From Octopus bimaculoides (taxonomy: Eukaryota), in contig NC_068989.1 of NCBI RefSeq assembly GCF_001194135.2, positions 91,455,337 to 91,499,266 of the forward strand: a DNA stretch of 43,930 nucleotides. The letters are read 5' to 3'. This document shows, one piece after another, positions 22,701 through 34,335 of the stretch (the first letter of the stretch is position 1; each line of letters opens with the position of its first letter). The position numbers and the translations under genes are program-made. The notes beneath the pieces were generated by a model that searched no databases, had not been told where the DNA came from, and saw only the letters and a list, made by a program, of their open reading frames with translations.

Positions 22701-24949
22701 CATAGATAGGGAGGGAGACGTACAAAGAAAGGAATACACCCATATTCAGACACGTACGCATTTACACATCCATGTATACACATATGTATTGGTGTACGGT
22801 TGAGTATATTCACAAGAGTATATGTTTGTATTAATACATATGAACTATAAAAGGCGTCAATATGGCTACCAGCGTGAAATGCTACTAAAGACGAAATGTA
22901 TATATATATATAATATGCAAAAGCAAAACAAAAAATATAACTCAGCGAAGCAATGTGTAATAAAGTAGCAATAGCTGGACATTATGGTTGTATACGATAT
23001 TGTAGACTCGGCGATATACATGAACACATCTTGTAACATAATATAAAGTCAGACTCTATTAAAAAGCAGCTAAATTGATAGAGAAAGTGTAACAATGTCG
23101 TATCTACTGAATAGAATATCAGATGTATGTGTTTCGGACACACATTCGTACGATATCTTCTTCACATTTATAAACGTACAGGGAATCACGCAGGCAGCTT
23201 AGGAACTATTCATGTGTTACATGAGTAGGTTCTTGATGTGCCTATGTAAATACATGTGTGTGTGTGTGTGTGTGTGTGTGCGCGTGCGCACGTGTTCATA
23301 TATACGCATGTGGATATACAAACATACATATATATATGTATACGTACGTATCTGAATGTACACAAATGCATATACATATATATATGTATATATATATATA
23401 TATATATATAGATAGATATATTTAAGTAATCATTTATATATATATATATATATATACATAGATAGATAAATACGTAAATATTTATGTTTGTATATATGTA
23501 GTTAAATATAGATATTATTATTGTGCAAATGTATATAAATATGTAAGATTCCACGTATCTATGATNNNNNNNNNNNNNNNNNNNNNNNNNNNNNNNNNNN
23601 NNNNNNNNNNNNNNNNNNNNNNNNNNNNNNNNNNNNNNNNNNNNNNNNNNNNNNNNNNNNNNNNNNNNNNNNNNNNNNNNNNNNNNNNNNNNNNNNNNNN
23701 NNNNNNNNNNNNNNNNNNNNNNNNNNNNNNNNNNNNNNNNNNNNNNNNNNNNNNNNNNNNNNNNNNNNNNNNNNNNNNNNNNNNNNNNNNNNNNNNNNNN
23801 NNNNNNNNNNNNNNNNNNNNNNNNNNNNNNNNNNNNNNNNNNNNNNNNNNNNNNNNNNNNNNNNNNNNNNNNNNNNNNNNNNNNNNNNNNNNNNNNNNNN
23901 NNNNNNNNNNNNNNNNNNNNNNNNNNNNNNNNNNNNNNNNTATATATATATATATATATATATATATTGAATGCATTGAAGAAAAAGGAGACTGCGTTAG
24001 TAACGTAGGTGTTCATTGGGAGTTGGGGTGGACGACATATACGTAACATTAGTAAACGTAATGCAACACAATACATATTTGACCGAACATTAAATACGAG
24101 ACAGGACTATTATTATCGAATATTCTTCTGAATATATATGAAAAATATAAAATAGATAATATGAAATAGGAAAGAAAAAAATATAACGCAAAACACACAC
24201 ATTCGCATACTCTCAAAGCATAATGGAAATATTCAAGTTAGCGAAGAAAAAAAGAAATATAACGAAGATGAAACAGCAACGAGTAAAACGAAATCTTCAA
24301 CAGTAACGACACCAGTAGCAATAATAATAACATCAGTTGAAGCAACAACATAAAAATGGTCCACAAAGTGTAGCGAAATTAGAAAGAGAAAGAAATAAAA
24401 TATATAATAAAAGCGAACAAAGATGGACGATCAAACATTTCCTTTTGCAGCTTAAATAACACGGCTAACTTTACACAAACTAAACCCATCTATAAATCAA
24501 TGTTTTACGCACAATGAAATGACAATTTTGAAGTGCATTTCTCGTGATAAAAAGCCACTTGCTGTGTGAGAAAGCCTAGGAAGATTTCGAGTGTTTATGG
24601 ACAAAGTTGCTTTGTCATAAGAACGGACATCTTTAAATAATTTATCAGCTATTGTAATACTAAAGAAGACAATGTCCTCTTAAAAAGGTCCTTATATTAT
24701 TCACCCTTTTAATCTGCTTGGGGGTTTTCTCTCACCTCTTCGTCTTAAAACGTTGCTATTGTTTGGTCGCAGCTAGTATTTATTTTTCCATTTTTTTTTT
24801 AAGCCGAAGCCATCTGAATTATTTTGTCCACTACTTTCGTTATATTCTTCCTACTACCGCTTTATAGCGATTGCCTCCGACCACTCCTCCTCTTTTTGTT
24901 TGTCTCTTCATCATGATTAAGTTCCCGTTGGAGAATATCCCGAATCATA

Positions 24950-25061
24950 GTCGTCACCGCCACCGTCCTCCTCATCGTCATCGTAATCATCAGCATCATC
25001 ACTACTATCATCATCATCATCACCATCATCATCATCATCGTCATCATCATCATCATCATCG

Positions 25062-25107
<46 letters not shown>

Positions 25108-25200
25108 TTATCATCATAATCATAATCATCATCATCATAGCATCATCATCATGCTGACGATGATGATCATGATCATCATCATCACCATTATTGTCATCGT
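24950..25200. repeat. (CAT)n degenerate microsatellite
   Basis: Direct inspection; source of the poly-H/poly-M/poly-D ORFs. Confidence 0.95.
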
Positions 25201-25209
25201 CTTATCATT

Positions 25210-25469
25210 ATTTTACTTGCTTCAGTGATTTGACTGCGGCCATGCTGGAGCACTGCCTTGGAGGCTTTTAGTCGAATAAATCGAATGGGGGACTTATTCT
25301 TTAAGCCTGGTTCTTACTCTGTCGTTGTCGATTGCTGAATCGCGAAGTTACGGGGACGTAGACACATCCACACCGGTTGTCAAGCAGTGATAGGAGGAGA
25401 CAAACACAAGCACAAACACTCACACACACACATACATGCATACACACATATCCATGTATTTGAATTGAC

Positions 25470-25517
<48 letters not shown>

Positions 25518-25752
25518 NNNNNNNNNNNNNNNNNNNNNNNNNNNNNNNNNNNNNNNNNNNNNNNNNNNNNNNNNNNNNNNNNNNNNNNNNNNNNNNNNNN
25601 NNNNNNNNNNNNNNNNNNNNNNNNNNNNTCTCATAAGGTTTTTGGTCCGAGGCTACAGTAGGAGTCACTTGCCCAGGGTGAAACTCAGTGGAGCTGAACC
25701 CGGAACCATGTAGTTGCAAAGCAAGCTTCTTATCACACAGCCATGCCTGATG
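25210..25752 (-). mobile_element. SINE family A, full length with gap in its internal (CA)n
   Basis: Tail-end ACTTGCTTCAGTGATTTGACTGCGGCCATGCTGGAGCAC; head-end CTGAACCCGGAACCATG...CACACAGCCATGCCTG. Confidence 0.85.
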
Positions 25753-25753
25753 C

Positions 25754-25754
<1 letters not shown>

Positions 25755-25830
<76 letters not shown>

Positions 25831-26050
25831 CATTATCAACATCATCCCCGTCATTGTCGACGTGGTCGTCGTGGTTTTCGTCGTTGTGGCTCGTCATCGG
25901 CGAATATCTAATTCTATTCATAATCGTTTTCATTATTATCGATTTTATTACCATTAATAACATTATCACAGAGAAGGCGATCATCATCATCATCATCATC
26001 ATCGTCATCGTCGTCGTCGTCGTCGTCATTGTGACCATCATCATTATCAC
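25755..26050. repeat. (AAT)n followed by (CAT)/(CGT) low complexity
   Basis: Direct inspection. Confidence 0.92.
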
Positions 26051-26344
26051 AGCGTTTATATCACTCAAGATTTCACAGTATTTCAATTATCTTTTGTATT
26101 TCATCAATTAAAAATAATTCCAGCCATAGTTGACATGACAAAAGCTGTATTCATTCCTACTTAGACAAAAACTGGAACAAATCATGAAACAAATAGTCAT
26201 CAACGTTTCATACTTAACGTATACACACCTTCGATAACTCAGTAATTGTAGTCTTTGTCCTGGGGTAACATTTCACAATAAATATCGGTGAGAGACGAAA
26301 ATTAGTCTCAGCAGCTATTTTAATCACATCCTCGATTGCGTATA

Positions 26345-26470
26345 TCCTTTATCTTTTAGTTGTTACAGTCATGTGGCCATACTGGGACAATAGCCTGAAG
26401 GATTTAGTCAAACAAAACGACCCAAGTACATAATATATTTTATTTTTAGTCTTGTACTTATTGTGTTGGT
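26345..26470 (-). mobile_element. SINE family A 3' scrap
   Basis: TCTTTTAGTTGTTACAGTCATGTGGCCATACTGG...GTACTTATT. Confidence 0.6.
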
Positions 26471-26659
26471 CTCTTTTGCAGAAGAGGCAAATAATGGGGG
26501 CGTAAATAAACCAAGACTGGCTGTCAGGAGGCGGAAGGATACAAACACGAGTTTTGTGGATCTTTGCTTTTATCAAACTTATCCCTACGCACTCGTTCCT
26601 GAGCATCTATAATTAGTGCTTCGGCCCTTCATTTCATTTTTCAGTCCGTCAGCCATAGC

Positions 26660-26874
26660 TCTTTTACTCTTTTACTTGTTTCAGTCATTTGACTGTGATC
26701 ATGCTGGAGCACCGGCTTTACTCGAGCAAATCGACCCCAGAACATATTCTTTGTAAGCCTAGTACTTATTCTATCGGTCTGTTTTGTCGACCCGGTAAGT
26801 TACGGGGACGTAAACACACCAGCATCGGTTATCAAGCGATGTTGGGGGGGACAAACACAGACACACAAACATAC

Positions 26875-26953
<79 letters not shown>

Positions 26954-27111
26954 CGACGGGCTTCTTTCAGTTTCCGTCTACCAAATCCACTGAGTAGGCT
27001 TTGGTCGGCCCGAGGCTATAGTAGAAGACACTTGCCCAAGGTTCCACGCAGTGGGACTGAACCCGGAACCATGCGGTTGGTAGGCAAGCTACTTACCACA
27101 CAGCCACTCCT
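26660..27111 (-). mobile_element. SINE family A (OR-like, CORE-type body), full length, least diverged copy
   Basis: Minus head GGAGTGGCTGTGTGGTAAGTAGC...GGTTCCGGGTTCAGTCCC (A/B boxes), ACCTTGGGCAAGTGTCTT (CORE-like), internal (TG)n, tail (AAAGAGTA). Confidence 0.93.
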
Positions 27112-27905
27112 TCCAACACCCTACGGTTATTAACATGAACTGGCCATGTAATTCCATTTCTTTCCGTCTGTTTTGTCTGTTGTTCTTTCTTTGGCTTATG
27201 AATTCTCGTACTCTTTCCGTAAGGTTTTGAGTATCTACAGGTGTCCGATAATATTCTTTCTTTACCCCACACATTTTCAACTAAAATATCCTACTACTAT
27301 TGAACTCCTCTCCTTTTAGGAATCCTCTGCCATCCTCCTCTCTGGTTAGGTGAAGTCTGCTGATATTCTTTTAAGGATGGTAGGTCTTCTTCATCGTGAT
27401 CAGTTTCCTGGTTCTTCTTTCCAAGTTCTGTAGCTCAACCATTCTCCATTTCAAAAAAAAAAGAGCAGAGTATCTTAAGTTTGACATAACCCATATATAT
27501 ATATATATATATTGCTTTAATGATAGTATGTTCATTTAATTTCTTTTCACGTAGCTTCCTAATTATTCTTTTGTAGTCTTTAGAGAGTTTCTCTCTCCTG
27601 TTTCCTTCCATTATCCTATCGTATTGAAGGACATATAGATATTTGCATCCGTCATTTATATTACAGCAATCTAATGATGTTTTCCTGCAGTAATTTTATG
27701 CCCCCAGTGTATCTTCCGGCTTCTCTTCCTAATTACCGTTGCGCACTTATTTACCCCGAACTGCATTCGAAGCTCCGTGCTGAATAGTCATAATATTTGG
27801 ATCGGAGAATCGAAATCTTTCTAGTATTTGTTGGAAGCCATTCATGTAGAGGAAATGATTTAGTTCTATAGAGATGAGGAATTATGTACATTATTTATAT
27901 TATTT
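27112..27905 (-). mobile_element. R4/Dong-type LINE fragment: RT C-terminal half and thumb
   Basis: Minus: NHFLYM...CKYLYVLQYDRIMEGNRREKLSKDYKRIIRKLREKKLNEHTIIKAI...LRYSA...LERRTRKLITMKKTYHP*KNISRLHLTREEDGRGF...LHGQF. Confidence 0.88.
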
Positions 27906-27984
27906 ACATTTGACGGATATTTGTCCTCATCTTCTTTGTTGTTAACACAACGTTTCCGCTGATATACCCTCCAGCCTTATAGTG
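27870..27984 (-). mobile_element. Penelope-type pLTR scrap with a broken hammerhead
   Basis: Minus: CAC-tata-AGGCTG...CAGCG-GAAACGT-T-GTG; CUGANGA core lost. Confidence 0.5.
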
Positions 27985-28074
27985 AATCCCAGCAAGAGAG
28001 TGAATCCCAGCAAGAGAGTGAGTCCCTGTTCATTGTGCAGCAGCATGTATCAAGTCAACTCCATCCTGAATCAT

Positions 28075-28620
28075 AACAGAAAAGCTATGATTTATACGGA
28101 AGGTGGGACGTGTAAGGATTCCCATTTGGTGTACGCAGCAGAATGCACCGAACACAACTTGATTTATGTTGGTTGTAAAAGAGAACAATTAAGCAAAAGA
28201 GTTAACGTGCACAGGTATGACGTCAGCCACAATAACTGTATAGCATTAATTCGAGAGAATTTGTCTAACATTTTAGATGAAGCGGCTGCAATTTTGAGGA
28301 ACACCTGAAGATGAAGATTCTCAGAAAATATCCTGTATCTACTACATTTTCAGTCCGAAAAAGGCATGAGGGCAAATATATTTGTGAATTACTAACATCA
28401 CGCCCTGTTGAAATGAATAAACTGACAGGTGAGTTTCATCACATTTACACAAAACTGTTCGACTATTTTTTCTTTTTCCTTTTCTTCTTTCTTCTCGCTT
28501 TTTATTTCCATCTGTTTTCCTTTCACCAGTTGCAAAAATTGAAAACTGAGGATGGCATTCTATCAAAATAGGAACGCAGGATTTCATCATTTATATTTTG
28601 AATTTCTGTGTTTCTGCGGT
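28075..28620 (+). mobile_element. Penelope-like GIY-YIG remnant (second family) plus 3' region
   Basis: GGTCKDSHLVYAAECTEHNLIYVGCKREQLSKRVNVHRYD...EGKYICELLTSRPVEMNKL; downstream CTGAGGATGGC motif at 28546. Confidence 0.8.
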
Positions 28621-28889
28621 TTTCATTCTACATTTTGAACCTGAATTTGACAGACCATCTGTCAAAATACGGTTCAAACCATTAAATAAACAATCTCTTC
28701 TTATTGTCTATATTTATTTACTTTTAATCTGCATGTTTGTTACATTCACTTACCGAGACACACCCAGCGTTCTAAGGCGAGTCAAGGATAAGAGATGTTA
28801 CAGTATGACTGAAAGCTTGGGGAGGGGAAGTGGCATGGGAAGTACAGAAATATCTCCATGCAATACAACACAGACAGTTAAATAGGTAG

Positions 28890-28972
28890 AGTTTTTCTAA
28901 GGATGTGGGCAGTACTTGGATTTCACTGAGGCAAGGTTCTCCTGAGATGTTGTCTAGTTGTTTCTGACATCC

Positions 28973-28974
<2 letters not shown>
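28890..28974 (-). mobile_element. Tiny R4/Dong-type ORF C-terminal fragment abutting (ATT)n
   Basis: Minus: GCQKQLDNISGEPCLSEIQ...TAHILRKTL; 5' break point joins the 28975-29052 ATT tract. Confidence 0.65.

Positions 28975-29052
<78 letters not shown>
28975..29052. repeat. (ATT)n microsatellite
   Basis: Direct inspection. Confidence 0.95.
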
Positions 29053-29055
29053 TTG

Positions 29056-29106
29056 GACTTAAATGGAGCCTTGATCAATTTAGATCAGTCTAAAGCCTAC
29101 GATTTG
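29056..29106 (+). mobile_element. Tiny L1/Tx1-type RT motif fragment
   Basis: DLNGALINLDQSKAYDL resembles the AL(I)xLDQxKAFD RT motif; only about 17 codons. Confidence 0.5.
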
Positions 29107-29142
29107 CACACATGCACAACTATAGACATATACATATATTGA

Positions 29143-29505
29143 CACAAGTGTGGCTGTGGGGAAAAAAGTTTCCCTCCCAACCACATGGATCTGGGCTTAG
29201 TGCCACTGCATGATAACTTGACTAGGTGTCTTCTACAATAGCCCCAGACGGGGCTAACACTTGTGAGTGAATTTGCTAGACAGAAACAGAAAGAAGCCCG
29301 TCGTATATATATATATTTACGTATATCTGACTACCTAGGCGTGTATTCGCGTTAATTCTCCCCGATCACTTGACAAGTAATGTTGCGTAACTAAGCAGTT
29401 TGGTATTAGAGACGAGGATGATAAAAAGTCCCGGGGTCGATTTGTGAGATTAACACATCAAGACTTTGCCCCAGTATGGTGGTAGTCCAATAACTGAAAC
29501 AAGTT
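29143..29505 (+). mobile_element. SINE family A, diverged
   Basis: GTGGCTGTGGGG...CCCAACCACATGG...GAAACAGAAAGAAGCCCGTCG(TA)n...ACTGAAACAAG. Confidence 0.8.
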
Positions 29506-29583
29506 TCTGATAAGTGATAGATGATATCACTGTTTGTAGCATATGAATATGTTCGTATATACTTTTCCATAAACGTGACTTAC

Positions 29584-29660
29584 ATTTTCCCTAAACAAAC
29601 TTTCTATGTTAGATGATAATGATCCGAACGACTCAATAGGTGTCGAAATCATAAGGATTT
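29584..29660 (-). CDS. Candidate internal coding exon (phase 1 to 0) of an unidentified gene
   Basis: Branch-like TTCTAAC upstream of ctcag acceptor; open frame (E)ILMISTPIESFGSLSSNIESLFREN; AAT|GTAAGT donor; phase-compatible with 31845-31955. Confidence 0.35.
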
Positions 29661-29921
29661 CTGAGTGACAGCTGATGTTAGAATGCTTTTCTCTGTAGCA
29701 TTTATTAATGAAGTGAGCAGTTTCTGCCACATATTCTCTTTATTCCAATCACTTGTTTCTAATCTTTTAAAATGCGCTAATTCATTAGATTGTGTTAATT
29801 GGATTTTATGGTCAGTGTTAGACATAGATATTATATTGGTTTTGTTGCCTATATATGTGTGTGTGTGTATATATATATGTGTATGTATGTATGCATATAT
29901 ACATACATACAGATACATACG

Positions 29922-29961
<40 letters not shown>

Positions 29962-30400
29962 NNNNNNNNNNNNNNNNNNNNNNNNNNNNNNNNNNNNNNN
30001 NNNNNNNNNNNNNNNNNNNNNNNNNNNNNNNNNNNNNNNNNNNNNNNNNNNNNNNNNNNNNNNNNNNNNNNNNNNNNNNNNNNNNNNNNNNNNNNNNNNN
30101 NNNNNNNNNNNNNNNNNNNNNNNNNNNNNNNNNNNNNNNNNNNNNNNNNNNNNNNNNNNNNNNNNNNNNNNNNNNNNNNNNNNNNNNNNNNNNNNNNNNN
30201 NNNNNNNNNNNNNNNNNNNNNNNNNNNNNNNNNNNNNNNNNNNNNNNNNNNNNNNNNNNNNNNNNNNNNNNNNNNNNNNNNNNNNNNNNNNNNNNNNNNN
30301 NNNNNNNNNNNNNNNNNNNNNNNNNNNNNNNNNNNNNNNNNNNNNNNNNNNNNNNNNNNNNNNNNNNNNNNNNNNNNNNNNNNNNNNNNNNNNNNNNNNN

Positions 30401-30446
<46 letters not shown>

Positions 30447-31844
30447 AACGTTTGTGTTTGTGTATGCGCGCATGTGAGTATGTGTGTGTGTGTCTGTGTA
30501 TGTGTCTGTGTGTATATATGTATAAATATATGCTAAGATAAATATGTGCGGTTCTTTGTACCAGCGTATGTTTTAACATATATGAATGCGTATGTATATA
30601 TATATATATACATGTATATACGTATACACGCCCGCGTGCCAACACGAGCGCACACACACACACGCACATAATTCCCACACAGACACACATGTTTATATAG
30701 AGATAATACTCGTATATATTTATAATATGGAAAGTACCTATATGTGTTCTTGTATATATATATATATATATATATNNNNNNNNNNNNNNNNNNNNNNNNN
30801 NNNNNNNNNNNNNNNNNNNNNNNNNNNNNNNNNNNNNNNNNNNNNNNNNNNNNNNNNNNNNNNNNNNNNNNNNNNNNNNNNNNNNNNNNNNNNNNNNNNN
30901 NNNNNNNNNNNNNNNNNNNNNNNNNNNNNNNNNNNNNNNNNNNNNNNNNNNNNNNNNNNNNNNNNNNNNNNNNNNNNNNNNNNNNNNNNNNNNNNNNNNN
31001 NNNNNNNNNNNNNNNNNNNNNNNNNNNNNNNNNNNNNNNNNNNNNNNNNNNNNNNNNNNNNNNNNNNNNNNNNNNNNNNNNNNNNNNNNNNNNNNNNNNN
31101 NNNNNNNNNNNNNNNNNNNNNNNNNNNNNNNNNNNNNNNNNNNNNNNNNNNNNNNNNNNNNNNNNNNNNNNNNNNNNNNNNNNNNNNNNNNNNNNNNNNN
31201 NNNNNNNNNNNNNNNNNNNNNNNNNNNNNNNNNNNNNNNNNNNNNNNNNNNNNNNNNNNNNNNNNNNNNNNNNNNNNNNNNNNNNNNNNNNNNNNNNNNN
31301 NNNNNNNNNNNNNNNNNNNNNNNNNNNNNNNNNNNNNNNNNNNNNNNNNNNNNNNNNNNNNNNNNNNNNNNNNNNNNNNNNNNNNNNNNNNNNNNNNNNN
31401 NNNNNNNNNNNNNNNNNNNNNNNNNNNNNNNNNNNNNNNNNNATATATATAATTATATCTATATATCTACCTATCTAAATCTCTCTCGCTTAGACATTCA
31501 TATGTGTTCCTGTAGTTGTGCGGACCTTTGTGTGCATTTGTGTATCTGTATACGTATATATAGGCGTTCTGTGTGCTGAATACTTCCATAAAAATGTTTA
31601 TGTGCCACACGTATAAGTTAAAGGATTTGTGTACATAGCGACCTTGTTGCTACGTCTTCATATCCATATCTTCGAACTTGCATCCCACACATTGTGACCT
31701 ACATACATACATGTATACCAATATATGATTATGCATGTGTCTGTATGTTAAAGATATATATGTTTATATAGAATACTCGTACACAGGCAAATCTATACCC
31801 ATATACCTATGAATGTATATATTTATTCACATTTATGCAGTTAC

Positions 31845-31955
31845 CTGGATTTCTCAACTCCGTTAAGGTTAACATTAAGTGTATGATTAATGGCAGAAAT
31901 CGCAGCATTCCCGCCATTACATATAGAATATCGCCTCGCTGCAATATGTATGCGA
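31845..31955 (-). CDS. Candidate 111-bp symmetric exon of an unidentified gene
   Basis: Strong acceptor tttctcctttcgcttcacccag, strong donor CCAG|GTAACT; phase-1 frame open: (V)AYILQRGDILYVMAGMLRFLPLIIHLMLTLTELRNP; phase-2 frame also open. Confidence 0.45.
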
Positions 31956-32595
31956 CTGGGTGAAGCGAAAGGAGAAACTTGATTTGCAATACACACATAC
32001 ATACACACACACTCACACACACTTATATATACATACATGTATATACATATATANNNNNNNNNNNNNNNNNNNNNNNNNNNNNNNNNNNNNNNNNNNNNNN
32101 NNNNNNNNNNNNNNNNNNNNNNNNNNNNNNNNNNNNNNNNNNNNNNNNNNNNNNNNNNNNNNNNNNNNNNNNNNNNNNNNNNNNNNNNNNNNNNNNNNNN
32201 NNNNNNNNNNNNNNNNNNNNNNNNNNNNNNNNNNNNNNNNNNNNNNNNNNNNNNNNNNNNNNNNNNNNNNNNNNNNNNNNNNNNNNNNNNNNNNNNNNNN
32301 NNNNNNNNNNNNNNNGTATTTGAAACTCCATTCTTATTCATGAAAATCCAAAGCTGCAAGAGAAGAACTCGTTCTCTAGTTTCGTTTTATTAGTTAGGAA
32401 GTATAGATACAACCACAACAAGGAACTTCGTTAATAAATTATTTAGCACGTGTTTCATTAATGATAATACCATCCATTATATACGGAAAATCTCATAAGA
32501 AGATTACACTATCATATCATCAGAACTTCTGTAACCCTCTTAAATAGCCTTTAAGATTTTTAATCGCCTTTGGATAGTCTTAATGACCATAACTC

Positions 32596-33476
32596 ATCAA
32601 TAAGTACCCGGACTGTTGCCATTGTAACGATGTTAAAGCACGCAGAATAAAGCCGCTTGGCACAGATTGATCGTGAACTTTGTCGTGCAAGCGCACTAAG
32701 CTTTAACGTTTTAGTTTACTTCCTCTGCTTACAGCGGTGCTTGGATGGAAGGTGTGCAGCGTGGGATCGTCGCATTGACCTTGACAGGAAGTTGTCATGA
32801 CAATATCTGCTCAGAAGCGGACACAAATTTGCAGAAAGTGTATGGTGAAGAGTGTATGAGCTGTACATACGTGTACGAGTGGTGCTAACGTTTCCAAGAC
32901 GGCAGAAAAAATATCGATATTGACGAATGTTCTGGGAGAACTGCACCCAACAGCGCTGAGAAAAACATCGCAGATGTTCGTGTAGCTGAGAGGGGAAATC
33001 GTCGAATCACCATCCGTGAGTTATCAGAGGATGTGCAGATTAGTTACCGTTCAGTTCAGTCAATTATCACTGAAGATTTGTGTCTGAGACGCGTGTCTTC
33101 CAAATTTGTGCCAAAACTGCTTTCATTTGACCGATAAGACACTCGGGTTTTAGTTGTAAAAGATCTTGATCGTGACGAGAACGATGAAAAATTTCTGAAA
33201 ACTTTGCGTAGGCCTCTGACCAAGTATCGCCAAGATTTTGACAAAATTTGATGCAGATTCTTTTCTCAACTTACTCTGCCATGGTCAATGCGACGATCAC
33301 ACGCTACACGCGTTCCTTCCAAGCACTGCTGTAAACAGCGGAAGTAAACTAGACCGGTACAACTTAGTGCGCATGCACAGCAGAATTTCAGGTCAACCTG
33401 TGTCAAGCGTCTTCACTCCCCGTGCTTTAGCTTCGTTTCTATGGCAACTGCCCGGATACTTATTGATCAAACCACA
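32596..33476 (+). mobile_element. Non-autonomous mariner derivative with two inverted left ends
   Basis: Plus translation LQKVYGEECMSCTYVYEWC*RFQDGRKNIDIDECSGR...RRITIRELSEDVQISYRSVQSIITEDLCLRRVSSKFVPKLL is a mariner N-terminal HTH region; about 33215-33476 is an inverted copy of about 32596-32835. Confidence 0.85.
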
Positions 33477-33489
33477 TGCGAAAGCGTGA

Positions 33490-33602
33490 GTCTGTTGTAA
33501 GATGTTTGCTTCCCACCCATATGGTTCCTGGTTCAGTACAGCTTCAGCCCGATCAAAGCTTTGTGAGTAGATTTGGCGGAGTGAAACTGAAAGAAGCCTG
33601 GC
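33490..33602 (+). mobile_element. SINE family A 5' part, internally deleted
   Basis: TTGCTTCCCACCCATATGGTTCCTGGTTCAGT...TTGTGAGTAGATTTGG...GAAACTGAAAGAAGCC. Confidence 0.75.
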
Positions 33603-33643
33603 GTTGGCCATTTCTGTTCCTTCTCTGGATTTTTCCCGTTCTC

Positions 33644-33749
33644 CTTTCTCCCTTCCGTCAAACTTTCTCCTTTCCGTCAAACTTTCTCCTTTCCGTCAAA
33701 CTTTCTCCTTTCCGTCAAACTTTCTCCTTTCCGTCAAACTTTCTCCTTT
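33644..33749. repeat. 19-bp minisatellite (ACTTTCTCCTTTCCGTCAA), about 5.5 copies
   Basis: Four perfect units 33662-33737 plus flanking partial units. Confidence 0.95.
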
Positions 33750-33864
33750 CACCGTGTCAAGCTAATACATTTCTCCTGTATGTCCTCACGTTCGTTTTAT
33801 TCTTCTTTTTATTCGTTTATTTGATTTTTTTAATTTGAAATACACGTGTGTGTGTGTGTGTGTG

Positions 33865-34075
33865 TTTGTGTTATTTCTTTACTACCCACAAGGGGCTACA
33901 CACAGAGGGGACAAACAAAGACAGACAAACGGATTAAGTCGATTATATCGAGCCCCAGTACGTAACTGGTACTTATTTAATCGACCCCGAAAGGATGAAA
34001 GGCAAAGTCGACCTCGGCGGAATTTGAACTCAGAACGTAGCCCGGCGTGCTAACGTTTCTGCCAGCTCGCCGCCT
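33865..34075 (-). mobile_element. SINE family B, well preserved
   Basis: AACTGGTACTTATTTAATCGACCCCGAAAGGATGAAAGGCAAAGTCGACCTCGGCGGAATTTGAACTCAGAACGT...CGGCGTGCTAACG. Confidence 0.9.
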
Positions 34076-34335
34076 GTGTGTGTGTTTGTGTGTGTGTGTG
34101 TTTGTATGTGTGTTTGTTTGTGTGTGTGTGTGTGTGTGCGCGCACGTGTGTGTGTGTTGTCCGCCACCACCGTTGGACAACTGGTGTTGGTGAGGCTATG
34201 TCCCCGTACATTAGAGTTTCGGCGGCTGTGACCGATAGAATAAGCACTATTCAATTCGGTCGACTAAAATTCTTCAAGGCGGAGCCCCAGCAAGGCATCA
34301 TTCTTATGGCTGAAGCAACTGCAAGAGTAGAATAA
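34076..34335 (+). mobile_element. SINE family A 3' half starting at its (TG)n
   Basis: CCGTTGGACAACTGGTGTTGGT...GATAGAATAAGCACT...TTCAAGGCGGAGCCCCAGCA. Confidence 0.75.

Noticed and set aside
24465-24680. Minus-strand ~60-codon open frame (DKLFKDVRSYDKATL...) superficially like a Cys-loop receptor N-terminus
   Set aside because: Lacks the RP motif and a good donor; not phase-compatible with the 29584 exon.
26995-27111. tRNA-like A/B boxes in SINE heads as tRNA genes
   Set aside because: They continue directly into SINE bodies and do not form a complete cloverleaf.
28754-28808. 55-bp minus-strand segment with good acceptor and GTAAGT donor
   Set aside because: Stops in all three frames; GTAAGT is expected several times by chance in this AT-rich window. 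It could only be non-coding or a poison exon.
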